Assembly (NCBI GenBank): GCA_965178125.1
Contig: OZ237751.1
Coordinates: forward strand, 558,001-622,000
Length of the DNA: 64,000 nt
Reading direction: 5' to 3'
Source: Bilabrum cf. latius
Lineage: Eukaryota
Part shown: positions 26,601 through 39,863 of the stretch, piece by piece
Position numbering within the stretch: position 1 is the first letter of the stretch
Layout: every line of letters starts with the position of its first letter
Position numbers and translations under genes: made by a program
Notes under the pieces: generated by a model
The model's input: only the letters and a program-made list of their open reading frames with translations
Told to the model about the DNA's origin: nothing
Databases searched by the model: none

Positions 26601-28729
26601 ATACATACTGGCCAAGTGTCTCCGCCTGCGGCAGTGGGACACACCAATGACAGCTTCTGCTGCCATGGCTGGTCAAAAACGCAAAAGGAGAGGCAAGATC
26701 GTGTCTGCGAACGAGAGCGAGTTTCGCTAGCTGCTTCAGGTAGACGAATTTGTGAGCCAGGATCGCTCCGTTGCTCATATGTCTATCACTGCACAAGCCA
26801 AGCCACGCTTTGTTCCCTATACTATCTTGACACCCCCACGTATCTCTTACATTCTGCAGGGAAGTTTTATTTCGGATGATCAGGTGACTCGGCTTGAAGA
26901 GGCTGGTATCCTCACCTTCAGGCAGCTGCTGGCGACACGAGTAGACACTCTTGCTGTGTGCATGCAGACTCCCACCGCGAGTGTGCAAGGCCTTCTTAAC
27001 GCGCTGCACAGGATCCCACAGGTACAACTCAGCGCTCGAATGGTACATACTGTAGCCAAAGGATCGGGACAGGGAACGCAGTACATGGTGCAGATCCAGA
27101 TTGTCCCTGGTGGCAGCAAGCAGACTCACGGTTTGCACGGCATTTGCACGAGCCTCCGTGTGTTCGTCTACGTCCCATGCATCGGTGGTCTACTGCTCAG
27201 CACAGAAGTACAGGCCGGATCTCAAAGGCTGAATGTACTCGTTCCGTCTACTCTAGTGGACGATTTCTCCTCGGCCGGGGAGATCGATTCCATGGCGGCG
27301 CAGGTGCTTGTCTCGAACGCGACTCTTTGTAAGCTCTACAGTCGCACAGGACCGATCCAAACCCACTGATCTCACCCCAAGCGTCGATTGTTTTCAGCTC
27401 AAACGTAGCATTATTGCCATTCTTTTCGCAGTTGGATTCAATGTTCAGCTGCAAGTGCCGTTCAGTGAGGCGGTGTCCTTCGAGTACGCAGGCAAGGACC
27501 CAACTGCCGGGATGATCATCGCTGCAACAGACAACATGTGGTCGGAGAAGCAAGCCGGTAGCAACCGTACATGGGGCTCCTCTTCAGAGAGGCAGATGCA
27601 GCAAAATGGCCCGGGGCAGGCCAGCGATGAGCCACCTGCCAAGCAGGCCAGGACCACAGTCGAGCTGCACAGCGCCAACGCTCCAGCCTTCTCGCCTGGA
27701 TTGCCGACCCAGCAGAAGAAGAAGCCGCGCTCCAGGAAGCAGATGCAGTCAAATCTTAAGAAGCTATTGATGGACCGCATGAAGTAGAAGGCGGAAGAAC
27801 GAGCGGGGGACGCCTCATCTGGTACATCTGGGTCAGCTGCAGGCCCCGCGCCAGAGGCTCTACCACCAGCTACTGCAACAAGCTCGAGCGGACCATCTAC
27901 AGCGCAATCGAGCCGCAAATTTGACTCCCACGAGCAACAAGAAACATCTGTGGAATTCTCCGCTGAAGAGCTTGCAGCACTCTACGCGTTTGACAACACC
28001 GTGACCGACACATACAGCGCAGCAGTGCCAGCAGCAATGGTGCAGGCCAGTGCAAGCGCGGCGTCATCGACACATCAAGACGTTCGGCAAGAACAGTGGT
28101 TGGGTGTAGGCCCAGATATGACTGGAGCTGTGCAGGACATGTCGCGTGGATATACTGGAAGACCTCCTGCCCTTATGTCAACTGGGCACGCCCCTATCAC
28201 TGGCGCCGGAGCTGCTGCGCGGCGGCAGATGTCGGATTTGTCTGTGCAACGCGGTCAAGCATGGGGTGGTAGGGAGTACGCCACATCAGGCGGCCGTGGC
28301 ATGGGTCCAGATTCATCTTCCACTTCATCTAGTGGACCGCACGGCCCATCGATGATGGGTGCCGATTGGGCTAGTGCTGCAGGGTACCAAGGAGGCGCAG
28401 CTGTTGTCCCCACATCAGGACAAGCGTTAATTCAGCCACATACTGCACCGTTGGACCAACAAGGTGACATCTGGCGCGCTGCTGCCGTCCGACCCTCCTA
28501 GTTCCACCAGCAACCGCACTACAGGCCCCAGGGGGGAACTGGTGCTTCGCAGTGTGTGCAGCCCGTCAGCACTGCAGCAGCGCAGAAGTCTCCATTTTTT
28601 GACGCGAGAGGGGGCGCTAGTGGCTACGCCGGTAGCGCGGTGTCAGCTGGTGGTGTGAGTAGGGGTGCAGATTCTAGCAGCCGTGTGGCAGGCGGCGGTG
28701 CCGACGACCTGAGTGCCCTCTTTGACTGA
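23667..28729 (+). CDS. MER3: Meiotic Ski2-like DEVH helicase MER3/HFM1
   Basis: GPTGVGKT, YLAPSRALC, TTPEKWDSVTRRW, DEVHTLSDDRGATLEAVVARM, LSATLPN, SD[TAG]KPALVFC, GVGYHHAG, GVNLPAHLVVV, QMLGRAGRP, HLNAEI, VMSRRYLRF, Sec63-like region; several introns. Start may be 23580; ends TGA. Confidence 0.85.
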
Positions 28730-28843
28730 TTTGTCACGTGCGATGCCTGTCCACGTCGGCGTTGTGTAAGGTTACGTAATATCCGATTGTAAGAAGGAGC
28801 CATTTCGATACTATTATAGCAACAAGACCGCAGCAGATGCCAC

Positions 28844-30949
28844 TCACAAGTCGTCATCATCGTCTGCAAGATTTCCACCCAGCGGACTGAGCCCACGCTC
28901 GCTCATGTAACCAGCGAGGCTGTCGATCCCCGAAGCATACCCGTCTGGCAAACCTCCCAGGGGAGCAGCAGGCATTCCACTCGCCCACACTTTCTGTGAT
29001 GCCTCTGCCGGAGCGCCTGCAATCATGGCGGTGTCACCACCGCTAGTGTTTGCGTGCTGTGGCACTCCCCTCGTCGGCCCCAAATCGCCATCGCCGAGCC
29101 CGAAGGCAAGTTCTGCCTTGTCGCCCCGTGGAGCCGGCTCCTCTCGCACCACCTGGTGGTACACTTGATAGCCACCATCCTGCCTCGAGTGTGCCCTGGA
29201 CCCGCCCTGGCTCCCATGGGAGCTGGCCCTGCTGCTCTCCTCACCAGCTGCCAGCGAGGCCGTGCTGTCCGGGCGGCCCCCGGGGGAGCCCTGCCCGCCA
29301 GCATAGCCCACGCTGGCATGCATCATCCTGAGCTTCTCGGCGGGCGACATGCCGCCACCCATGGTCTGGCTGCCTGCCATCGAAGTGCTCAGGCTGTGCT
29401 CTGCCACCACGGGGGCTCGCACCCTGATCCTCTTGGCCGATGAATAGTCACTATCTTGGGCTGTGGCAGGGCCCCGCCCAGCCTCGGCCTCTTTCCTGTC
29501 ACTCAGAGCAGGTCCGTCCGCTGTAGTGCGGAGGTAGTCCGCCGTGTCAGTCGCGCTGGGCGGATACACGTACCTGCCGTTCGATTTCACGAATCCTTGG
29601 TTCAGCGCTGCAGCCCTCTGCGCCTCCTGCCAGAGAGCCACCCTGTCTCCTGCGCCTGCACCTGCACCCTGCTCCTTACCACCACTTGACGGTTGTTGTC
29701 CAGCGAGCGTCGAAGAAGAGGAACTTGCCGACTCGGCGTACATCCTGGCGACAATAGGCTCTGTCACTGCAGCCAGAATGCCGCCGAGCCTCTGCGACGA
29801 AGTCATGAACGTGTCGGTACCCTCAGACAACCCCGGCAGCTTGCCCGACATGGCAGCTGCGCCGGGGAGTTGCGTCTCCGCCTCATCGAGGAAGCGGCCC
29901 AGGGACCTCTGCATCACGGCGAGGCTCTGGGCCATGCCGGCGGTGCTTCCACTCAGACCTGAGCTCACCACGGCCGGACTGCGTGCCAGGGCATCCACCT
30001 GTGCCTGGATCATGGTGGCCTGTCCAGCCACCTCGTGCAGTGCCCTGACCGCTGCCTGAAGCGAAGCGCGCAGCCTCTGGGCTTCATCGTGGGATCCGTC
30101 GTGATGATGATGATGCTGCGGAGCTTGGAGCATTGTTGCGGCTTCTCGGGCCGCAGCTGATGATCCGGGGTGTCCGGTCGACACGGAGGAGCTGACGATG
30201 CTTCGCGTGTCTCCTTTGCTGCTGGGAGCAGGCGACGCGAGAGACGCCCGCATCGCGGCCTATGCTGCTGCCGCTGCCATGGTCGCGGGGGTTGGCTGCT
30301 GCAGAGGTGGTGCGACCGAAGCGGGGGGCGAGGCCGATTTCTTCTCGTTTGACATTCGAGAAGCTTTTCTTTTCTGCTGCTTTCGCCTGGGGATTCGCGC
30401 GGCTTCTTCGGGGTGACCCTTTCGAAACTGTGGATTCTCGAACACGGCAGCTTTCGGGTTTGTCTTTGAGAAGCTGTAAGAGTTCAATTGCCGCACGAAC
30501 GAGCAGAATGAAGTCGACTTGCATAACACGGGCAGTACAACCGAACTAAATCGATCAAAGGAACCTTCAGGCACAACGAACCCTGCGAAAATACAGCCAG
30601 TTGACACAATAACAATACGTGGCACGGCGTTGGAGCGATAGTACCGCTGCAGAGCCAACGCCTGCCTTGAGCAGTTGTACTTCAAGCCCAAACTCTAGTC
30701 CAAAGTAAGATAATGGTGCTAGAATGCTCCGGTAGAAGTGGAGAGGATCTCAAGTGAAAATGCGTCTAGAAGCTCATTTTGTCCGCCGCGATTCTCACCG
30801 TGATCTCCGTGCCACTGGATCATTTCGTCTGTCTCCTAGTTATCAACTACATAGTACAGCCGTTCTACAAATGGTTTTTTCTCCATCCCTGTGATGGCAG
30901 AAAATCTGGAAGGAAGGAAATCCGCCAAATCCAAGCTGCTACCGTCCAT
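28844..30949 (-). CDS. HSF-type DNA-binding domain transcription factor
   Basis: KKPFVERLYYVVDN[TAG]ETDEMIQW...G|FVVPEGSFDRFSSVVLPVLCKSTSFCSFVRQLNSYSFSK...FENPQFRKGHPEEAARIPRRK after removing intron 30798-30583; coiled-coil-like segment downstream; ends TGA. Confidence 0.88.
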
Positions 30950-31161
30950 ATTAGATATAGGCCTCGGCAGCTGTCTTACCTTTCGGAAGCTTAAGAACAC
31001 TATCATAACTAGCCATTCGACTCGGTTCAATCTGTCTGGATGCCAGTACTCAGCAATGAGTGCTGCAAATTTCGCACGCAGAAAGGAAGTCATCAAAAAG
31101 TACTCGCAACAAAATCATATATTGCATCGCGACGAAGTGCAAGTGCTCCCAGAACATTGCG

Positions 31162-34100
31162 ATGTACGGTATTATTGGAATGGTACTAAGTTTAACTGTT
31201 GCTGAAGCTACAGTTCTGGCTGTAGGGAAACTGGAAGCATGCTTATAGAGCGGTGGTAGTACCACGCAGCCTAGCGGTCAAACTGGAGACAGTCTGCAGT
31301 GCTCGTAGAGATTTGTCGTAACCCTATCTGTGCAAAATGGGGAGACTGGGACTGAATCAGTATCATCATACTCGCTTGACAAGGCCTTTGATGAGGATGG
31401 CAGGGAGCTTGATGTTCTAGACGACGTTACAGTCACCTTGAGCAAGTCTGCCATCTCGCTTCGATATCCTCTAATATACGAGCAAGTAAGGATTTACCCC
31501 GGTGTAGTCATAGGAGATTAAAATGTGATGCTATGCGTAGCTCGAACTGCGCTACGAATAACGGAGTCTTGGATGCCGCAGATGATTCTGAACCGAAAAA
31601 CGCCACTATCGCCGACCAACCTTGCCGCTGCACGGGCACTCACCCCAGTCCCCAAACTCAGTTCTACCCGTCCCAATGCAGGATTTTAACTCTCAGCCGT
31701 ATGAATTGATACTAACTAGAGATCAGGACGGCGATCCGTACAGGTGGCCGCTGAACCAGTGCAGAGACGATCCAGACGACACAGCCTCAGCCTGCGGTGT
31801 GATGATTGACTCCAACTCGAACACTGCTGTTCCCTACAGCCATGGATTCTGTTGCAAGTGCAGCCTGCAGGACTACGTGAGCTCCGCATCTTCCATATCG
31901 AGAGCCAACCTCCAGTGCCAGCTCCTGAGCAGCAACGCAGCCCAGGGGGCTCACTGCCTCAGGTTCTCCAAGCTGTGGTACTCAGCGTTCTAGATGCGCG
32001 CGCCGGTCGTAGACTACACGGTCACTGCGCATGTGCAGCGATGCAGGCAGCAGACGGGCGCATCACCCAGCGCTACCAATGCGAATGGGACAGACTCGCC
32101 TCCGAGGCAGTGCACGGAGACAACCGTGTCGCTGGGACCTTCAGTACCAGGGGCCTGCGTAAACCTGCCTGTCGGAGCGGATGATGATGGGGATAATGGA
32201 ATTCCTTGTACGGTACTTGCATCACTAGAGGGCGATTTCGCTGCATTTGAGAGCGCGCCCGACTACGGCAGCAAGTACATGATGATTCCGCTCACCTGCA
32301 ACAGCGCGGCACTCTGCGGCTCCCGGGTGCTCGAGACCTCTGATCGGTGGATGATGGTAGACAAACACGCGGTGACGCTGGATGGCACTACATGCAACAA
32401 GATTGGTGTGTCTCACGAGGCGTTCTACTCCTAGTCGCAGAGGTGCGACAAGTATGCCAACAGCTGCCTTGACAACCAGCTGGAAGACCTCTACCAAGCC
32501 GATCTCGAGAAGGAGACCGAGGGCAAATCCGGGGATTATTTCGTCAAGTTTTAGCAGTATGGAGACAAGTTCAATCCCGAACTTAGGTCCAGCGACACAG
32601 CAGCTGCGGTGTTCCAGACGAATAGGTTCCAGAAGAGCGTGGTGACGCTGATGCTCGATGCTGATTCCATCCGGTGGACCATCAAAGTTAGTCCGGCCTC
32701 AATAACCTAGGCTGAAATCGAAAATTTCGAGGCAATGAGCAGTAGCGGGTACCTTTTGGTCGACGTCCAGAACGATGGCACGGTGGCAGGGACGTACTAC
32801 GTGCAGGTGAACTGCTCCGAGGGCATTGCACCTGTCCCTGCGCAGCCAGTAAGCCTTGCAGAGAGCGGGTCAGCCGGTGACGCTGGTAGCGTGCGATTTT
32901 CAATTTATACCACGAGCACTTTCCAGCAAGCCATGCAGGCATTGGATTAGAGCACGACCGCAAGCAGCTGGTGCCGGGTGACGCTGGTCGATAGCATCTT
33001 CAGGACGATGGACGCGACTCGCATCAACTTCACCGTGTCTCACATGGTGCAGGACAAGGGCACTCAGGGCGGTAATTTGTCCGATGGCGCTCCTACCAAC
33101 AGCACTGGCACTGGCCAAAGCGGTCCGGGGCGGCTGACAAACTCCGCAGAAGAAGGGTGTGCTGGCTGCTTCGCTCTGAATCTTTACTGCCACCTCGCTC
33201 GCTCCTGCTTCGCTCCAATCATGGCAGATGCCGCGGTGCTGCTTGGAATTGCAGCGCTAGGTTTCCTCGCATTCAAGTATCCTTCTCTGCTGTTCTGTCC
33301 GTGCCGTACCCTGTGCGGGTGCCTGTGCTCGGGCGGGGGGGACAGGGACAGCGACAGCTCTGGGTGTTGTGGCCCCAGTAGAAGCAGTGACAGGGGCAGG
33401 AAAGACAGGGGCAGCAAGAAGCGAGAACGGAGAAAACGACGCCGTGGACGTTCAGAGTCTTTGTCATCTTCAGACAGTCGGTCGAGCAGCACCAGCAGCG
33501 GTATCCGAGAACCAGGCGCTGAACCCGCATCTTGCTGCGGATGCTTAGGGTCAGGTGAAACCGTCACTACCAGCAAAACCGCCGAGAGCTAGCGAAAGCG
33601 GCAAGATTACCGTCACAGAACAAGTGGAACTCCTCAAGACAGGGCAAAGCATCGCGGGAATCGCACTCATAGGCGGCGCGCGTCCTCTTTCGACGATTCG
33701 TTTACGCACAAGTCCCGCCCCAAGTGGAGTGATGCACCAAGGATTGAAACTGGTGGAGATCGATTCTAGCAAGAGGTAGGTATGTCATGTTCAAGCGGGA
33801 GAAGGCGAGCGTCGAGTTTCTCCGCAGTCGCGGCCGGACACTGGAGTGGTGGCAAGCTTGGAGCAGCAGCGCCCGTTGCAGCTGCCTTTGGGTGCAGTGC
33901 AAATGGTCGGCATGCGGGTGCTGCTCCTGCGGGTCTCGAGGAGACCATGATGGACTACGCCGGCCATATTGCTTTCAATCAGGAGGATAGAGGAACCGTG
34001 CAGTCCATTGATAGCGATTCTATTGGTTCTGTGGCTGAACCGGCCGAGGTGAGTTGGGGCGGGGTCGGTGGAGGAGGGATTGCCGAGCCCAACGCGGAGA

Positions 34101-34690
34101 AGGGGCCACGCAACGGCAGCAGGACTGGCATTTGGGGGTCAATTGTGGGCGGGCTAGGATTGTGGGGGAGCCAATAGCCATAGGAGTCAGAGCAGCACAA
34201 CCTAGGGGCAGACCGTGACGCATACCGCAAGCGGTGGGCGACGAGGAGGCTGTCCATCCAAGTGAGCCGCACAAACCTCGGGGCAGTGCATCGGAAGAGC
34301 ATACTGCCGCCACGGTAGAACCCCTTGTGGCAGGCAAGGGAAGTTGATATACAAGATCAGGGTGTGCCCGCGCTTGCTGGTTAGACCCGCCGGCTAGCTG
34401 CAGCAAAGGACGAGGTGTCTATGTTCCGCGTCAGGGGGCGGCTGGGTCACGCTAGGCATCTTACCTCTGGAGCCGTGCTTGGGACGCACCGAGCTGGAAT
34501 CGGTACTATGTCGACTTTCTCGCACCAAGTGAACCCTGTAGCAACGGTTCCTTAGATTTTCTCGCGGGAAAGGCATACAAGGATGCCAATGGATCGAGGA
34601 GGGCCAGAGCATTTCGGCCTAGTGTCGAGTAGGCACACCCGTGCAGCGAAGTCTCTAGCCCTCAGCGCAAGGAAAAAGCCGTGGGAATGA
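31162..34690 (+). CDS. HAP2: HAP2/GCS1 gamete membrane fusogen (class II fusexin)
   Basis: Signal peptide MYGIIGMVLSLTVAEA, GKLEAC, LQCS[TAG]RFVVTL, YPLIYEQ|DFNSQPYE (intron 31486-31681), SHGFCCKC, AHCLRFSKLWY, CNKIGVSHEAFYS[TAG]SQRC...SCLDNQL, FEAMSSSG, TM segment and Cys-rich/basic tail; ~15 in-frame TAG; ends TGA TGA. Confidence 0.93.
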
Positions 34691-34792
34691 TGAGTCAACT
34701 GTTATTGTTTTTGATGTGAATGCATGCATTGTTGTCTTAACTATTGTGTTTGGTCACTGGATTCTGCCAGAGCAGCGGCTGCACTTTGCAAT

Positions 34793-37700
34793 TCAGTCTG
34801 AATCACCTCCGTCAGAGTCTGCGGCGTCCGTGTCTGAGAAGTCGGACCCAGAGTCAGACTCTGAATCGACTGCAATGCGTGAGGACCGCGAACCTCGTGC
34901 TGCATGTTGCCGCGATCTGCGAGGTGCTGCAGATGGCCCAGGGAGGCTCGTGGTCTCAGTCCTCTCCTGCTCCGCCTCGCCTGGGGATCCACCCCTCATG
35001 GCTTCAAGACCTTCACTCCCTGCGGGAGGGGACGCCAACACGCGTGCTCCCATCGTTCGCGGGCGCCTTGGTTCTGGCTACTTGCCTGCGTCCGATGATG
35101 CATCTTGATCTTCGTCTTCGATCGTCCACTCCACGCGTCTGGGCTGCTTGGTACCAGCCGCAACCCTGCCGACGCTGGTACTAGCCATGCCTGTGTCAAT
35201 CGCAGCCGAGGCCAAGCCCGCGCCACCTGCGGCTGCACCATCGAGCGCAAGAGACTTGCTCTTGTTGAACTACCTTACCGCTGTCTTCAGTCCGCCAGGT
35301 GCTGCATACAGCCCGAACAGTGCTGTGCTCTGGTCCCACATCTCTTGCCGGTGAGACACAACTACCACGCTTGTTCCTGACTGCAGCGCGGTTTCTCGCA
35401 GGATCTTTGCCAAGCGGACTACCTTGATCGTGTCTAAAGCTGCATCAATCTCATCCAGGATCAGGAACGATGTGGGAGACGCCGCGTGTAGACCTAGGAA
35501 CAGAGCGATCGTCACGATGGCCTGCTGCCCGCCAGACAGCATCCCAGTGGGCCTCCAGCCGGCGTCGTCTGGCCTGGCTTCGATTCGAAGGCTTCCCGAG
35601 AGTAGGTCTTTCACGTTCGACGAGTATCGCAGCACGGCGTCACCTGTTCCGCCGGTCATCGTCCGGAACACCGTGCGGAGCTTGTCGCTTACAGTCTGCA
35701 TGACCTCCATTAGGCCACGCCGCCGAAGCGCGTCGCACTGCTGTTTCGAGGCGCCGATGGACTGCTGCACCATCTGCAGCTTCTATCGCGTGGATGACAC
35801 CGCATGACCAAATTTGACTCGCTGCATGGTGTCCTCAAGGACACCAGAGGTGGGCTCTTGGGATGTAGACGAGGGTGTCGAGCCTCTGGCTGGTCCGGAT
35901 TCCAGCGCATCACTCAGCTGAGATTCCGTTAAAATGGCACCACTGGATTCAAATGACGACGCAATTCGCCTTTTTGCTAGGCTGCAGAGCCGCGTTCCCT
36001 CGGTTAGGGCCGTCTTGACCTCAGCCTACTGCGGACCAGGGGCTGATGCGACAAGGGCCGCGAGCTGCTTGATTGCGTGCTGGCAGCGGCACATGCAATC
36101 CTCTAGCTTGTCGCTGCTGGCTTCACGACCACCCGCGTCACTGTCATCAAACAGGGACGTGCCGCTCTCCTCTTCGTCAGTGCTCAACTCGGCGGCTACA
36201 CCTTGCCTGGTACTACGCCGAGTGCGCCGCCTGATCGTGTTGGCCGCTCCATCTTTTTCCTCCTCCTCGTCCTCATCCTCGTCAGAGTCAGGGTCAGAAT
36301 CGGATCCCTGCCCGCTGTTGTCGCTGTCACTATCTACAGCATCGACATTCCCGAAATCGTTCTCCTGCTGCTCAAGGGATTGTGCGGATCGTGCCTTGGA
36401 CAGCCAGCGGGCAAGCTTACGGAGACTCGACTCCCAGTTGGACATGAACGTTGAGCACTTCTCGCAATCTCTTGGGAAGCTTAAGTCTTGCACTTCGGAT
36501 GTATTGAGCATGTCAGAGCATGAACCCTTTGATTCAGACCCTTGGACTCCCCTGCAGCGACCGGCACCCGAGGACTGCAGGGCCTCAAGAACAGAGAGCA
36601 CACCGCTCCGAACGTCCTGCCACTGAGCGCGAGTCTCTGTGCGCAGCTGTGCCATGCTGATCTAGATTGCCCTAAGGCTCGCTTGCTGTTGATTCATATT
36701 GGATTGGAGTGCAGAGACTGATTCTGCCGCCTTTTCGCACTCCTTGCGCTGCTGCTTGGCAGCTTCGTCCGCAGCTGTGACCGAATCCTGGTGCTGGCCA
36801 AGAGACTCTTCGATCTTGGCCAGTTGTGTGACCAAGCCCGCAATGCTTTGACGGAGCTTGACAAGTTCTATCTCATGCTTCTTCCTAGCTTCGGTCAGCC
36901 TGTCATTCCTCTTGGAGAGCTGCAGGGCACGGGCATCCAGTTCAATCGCCAGCCTGTCTGACGCATCGACAGCGACACGCAGCTCGCTTGCTTTGCCCTG
37001 AGCCGCACGGTAGGAGCGCAGCAGCTTTGCAATAGCAGCTGACGTGCCATTGGACGCAATCTGTTCACTGGACTCAAGCCTTTGTAGGAGCAGTTGGCAG
37101 GCTTTTCGTCCTGGCCTGACCTTCGATTCGAAGGAATGCCAGCCGCTCATGAATGCATCGAAGTAGCCCTAAAACCTCTTCAACGCATCCTCCTCGCGCC
37201 TGAATGCACGATCACAGCAATGCTGCAGGTGATCAATCTCACGGGCAATGTCTTGCTCGTTCGAATTGGCCTCAGACTCCACTGCTACCAGCCGCTATTC
37301 CTCCGAGACGGCTCGCTAGACCTGATCGGAAGCAGCCTGGTACTCCTTCTGCCTAGCTCCAAGCAACTTTTCCATCGAGTCTAGCTCTTCCATGCTCGTC
37401 TTCAGCTGCGTACGTATCTTGCTAGTGTCCGTAGCATCTGGAATGTCACTCTACTCTCGGAATAGGGGGACATGGATCGCAGCCTGCTTGCCACCGATGA
37501 GCTCCCCAGATGCCCTGACAATCTCACCCTTCAACGTCACGCAGCTCTCACCTGTTGCCCTCCTCACGCTAGACGCGGCCTCAATTGTACTGCACAGCTG
37601 CCACCCGGACAAGAACTTCTGGAGTACTACCTGCGCAGCCTCAGTCTTGCTCTGTACAACGTCGGCTAACGGCGTGCCGCCAGACGCACCGCGTGACCGC

Positions 37701-39688
37701 CCTCGACCAGAGCCGCTTGCACCACCCTTGCGGTAGTCACTCACCACAATGCACTCGAAAGGACCGACACGGGCCGCTTGTGCGCTGCGGAGGAGGGTAG
37801 ATGCCGCCTCCCGAGTCTCCACTAGAACGCACCGTGAGGCTCGCGTTCCGAGCACTGTGTTGACAGCAACCGCGGCGTCGTTCCTCTTCAGAACGCAAGG
37901 TTGCTCCGTTAGGAGGCCGTGCACGTCTTTTGACAAATGCTATTGCAAGAAAGATACATTTCTTTTGTACCAGCCCGGGATGGACGCATCGGAGTCGCCA
38001 CTGCTCTTGTGCAGAATGGCCTTCAGTTGGGAGACATGGGACCGCTTGTGCTGAAGTGATGTCTCTGAGCTCTGCAGAACAGACTATATCGACTGCAGGC
38101 GTCTAGTAGCAGACACGACCAACTTAGATGTCTCCTGGCGCATTGATGCTAGTCTTTGCGCTTCTGCCGCGTATTGCTGCTGTCGTGCCTGCATGCGTCC
38201 CAGCAAGCCTTCCTCGGGCTGCCCGGCCTGGGCCATAGCAGCGTCGCGAAGAGCCGCCACCATTCCCTAGACAGAACGCTACGTGCAATGGGAGAATGCA
38301 TCCCATACGTTTGCATCGGCTGCCACACCAATGGCATCAAGCTCGCGGCCGGCATCTGTGCCTCCCAAGTTCTCAGCCACATGTTCCCAAGTGCGGACCG
38401 CTGCGCTCGATTTGGGGACATGACAGCCCTTAAGTAGGCGTTCTGCTTCTCTAAGATCATTTTTGCCCGCCTTAACTGCTTCCATGGCTTCTAACACGAC
38501 TTGTTGGACCTCGGTTGCAGCTTCGACCGCGCTGACTGCAGCTTGCAGCACAGGCGGGCTAGGTCCGTCGAGCTCACCTCTGTCTGGAGAGATGCCCCGA
38601 GACTCCATCTGACTCTTTAGGTGTTCGCCCGCTTCGACTGCGGCAGTGTACTCCTTCAAATGTGATGAAGCGCCTTCTCTGGCCTCTTTGGCTTGCTTCT
38701 GGAGGGCTGCCAGCTTCTCGATCAGCTGCTCATGCTGCTTCATCGCCCGTGATGACTTGGCTTCAATCCGCTTAATCTCAATCGATTTGACATCTTTGTC
38801 GGATTTTAGCGCTTCGACGCGTGCCTCTGCTTTCCGCTGCTTCTGCTGTGACTGAACGACTGCCTTCTTGGCTTCCTACGCGGAGGCCCGAACGGCAAGC
38901 AGATGCTCGCTGGCTGCGGCATGCTGCATCTGCAACGAGCGCAGCTCAGTCTAACCGCTCTTCGACTTGTCGGTAAGCTTCTTCATTGAATCTGACGCAT
39001 CCTGATCGCGCTTTTCCATCGCAGAAACGCTCGACCGAGCAGCCTTGCATGCTAGGGTAAGGGCATGCACCGCCTGTTGGGCGGAACCGACCAGCTCGTC
39101 CGTGCCGTCCACCGCAGAATCGACTGCCTCAGAGGAGAGGAGGCCAGAGCTTGAAAGGGCCCCCAGTAAAATGCCCATTTCCTTACTCCTGTTCCTGAGA
39201 TCCACTCCAACAGTCGCTCTCTCGATGATGTCGGCCAGCCCACCAGCATCTGCGAGCAGCGTCCGGCCTGCGGCCACCTCGTGCTAGGTCACAACAGAGC
39301 GTTTCATTGTTGCCATTACGTCGCAGTCCACTAGCTCGGACATTTGTTTGACAAATGCTGATCTTGACGCGAGTTCTCCGTCGATGGCATAACTAGAAAT
39401 GCACTTTCCGTCGCTAGTTTTCCTGAGCTGGCGGGACACTTCAATGGACTCATCCCCTTGCTAGAAGTGCACAGAGCAACAAGCTACACTACTCTTATTA
39501 TTGATTTGTGAAGAATTTCCTCGAATTCCCTGCAAACACCACTACAGGGCTTCAATGAGGCAACTCTTTCCGAGACCGTTCGCACCAACGATCGACGTCA
39601 GCGATCTGGGACTGAAATCAATGTGAACTTTATCCTTAATGCCCTTGAACCCTTCAACCTCAACAGATTTTATTTGAAGGGCGGACAT
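34793..39688 (-). CDS. Divergent SMC-family ATPase (~1631 aa, apparently single exon)
   Basis: IKSVEVEGFKG, IVGANGLGKS (Walker A), VVT[TAG]HEV (Q-loop), coiled coils, hinge-like VHGLL...AVNTVLG...VLVET, LSGGQQ signature, FLILDEIDAALD, VVVSH; ~18 in-frame TAG in one frame; ends TGA. Confidence 0.88.
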
Positions 39689-39863
39689 TCTCCGATTAGA
39701 TTGAAATGACTCAAAGTGTGCGATGAGCAGAAGGTGACCACAATCAAGCAGCTGCTCCGAGTCGATCCGATCCCTCTGGTCGCATCGCATGATCTTGCAG
39801 GGACACGGGCCACCTCCAAACACAAGCACTAAATGTATGCACCAGATATACATCCGTCCATGA

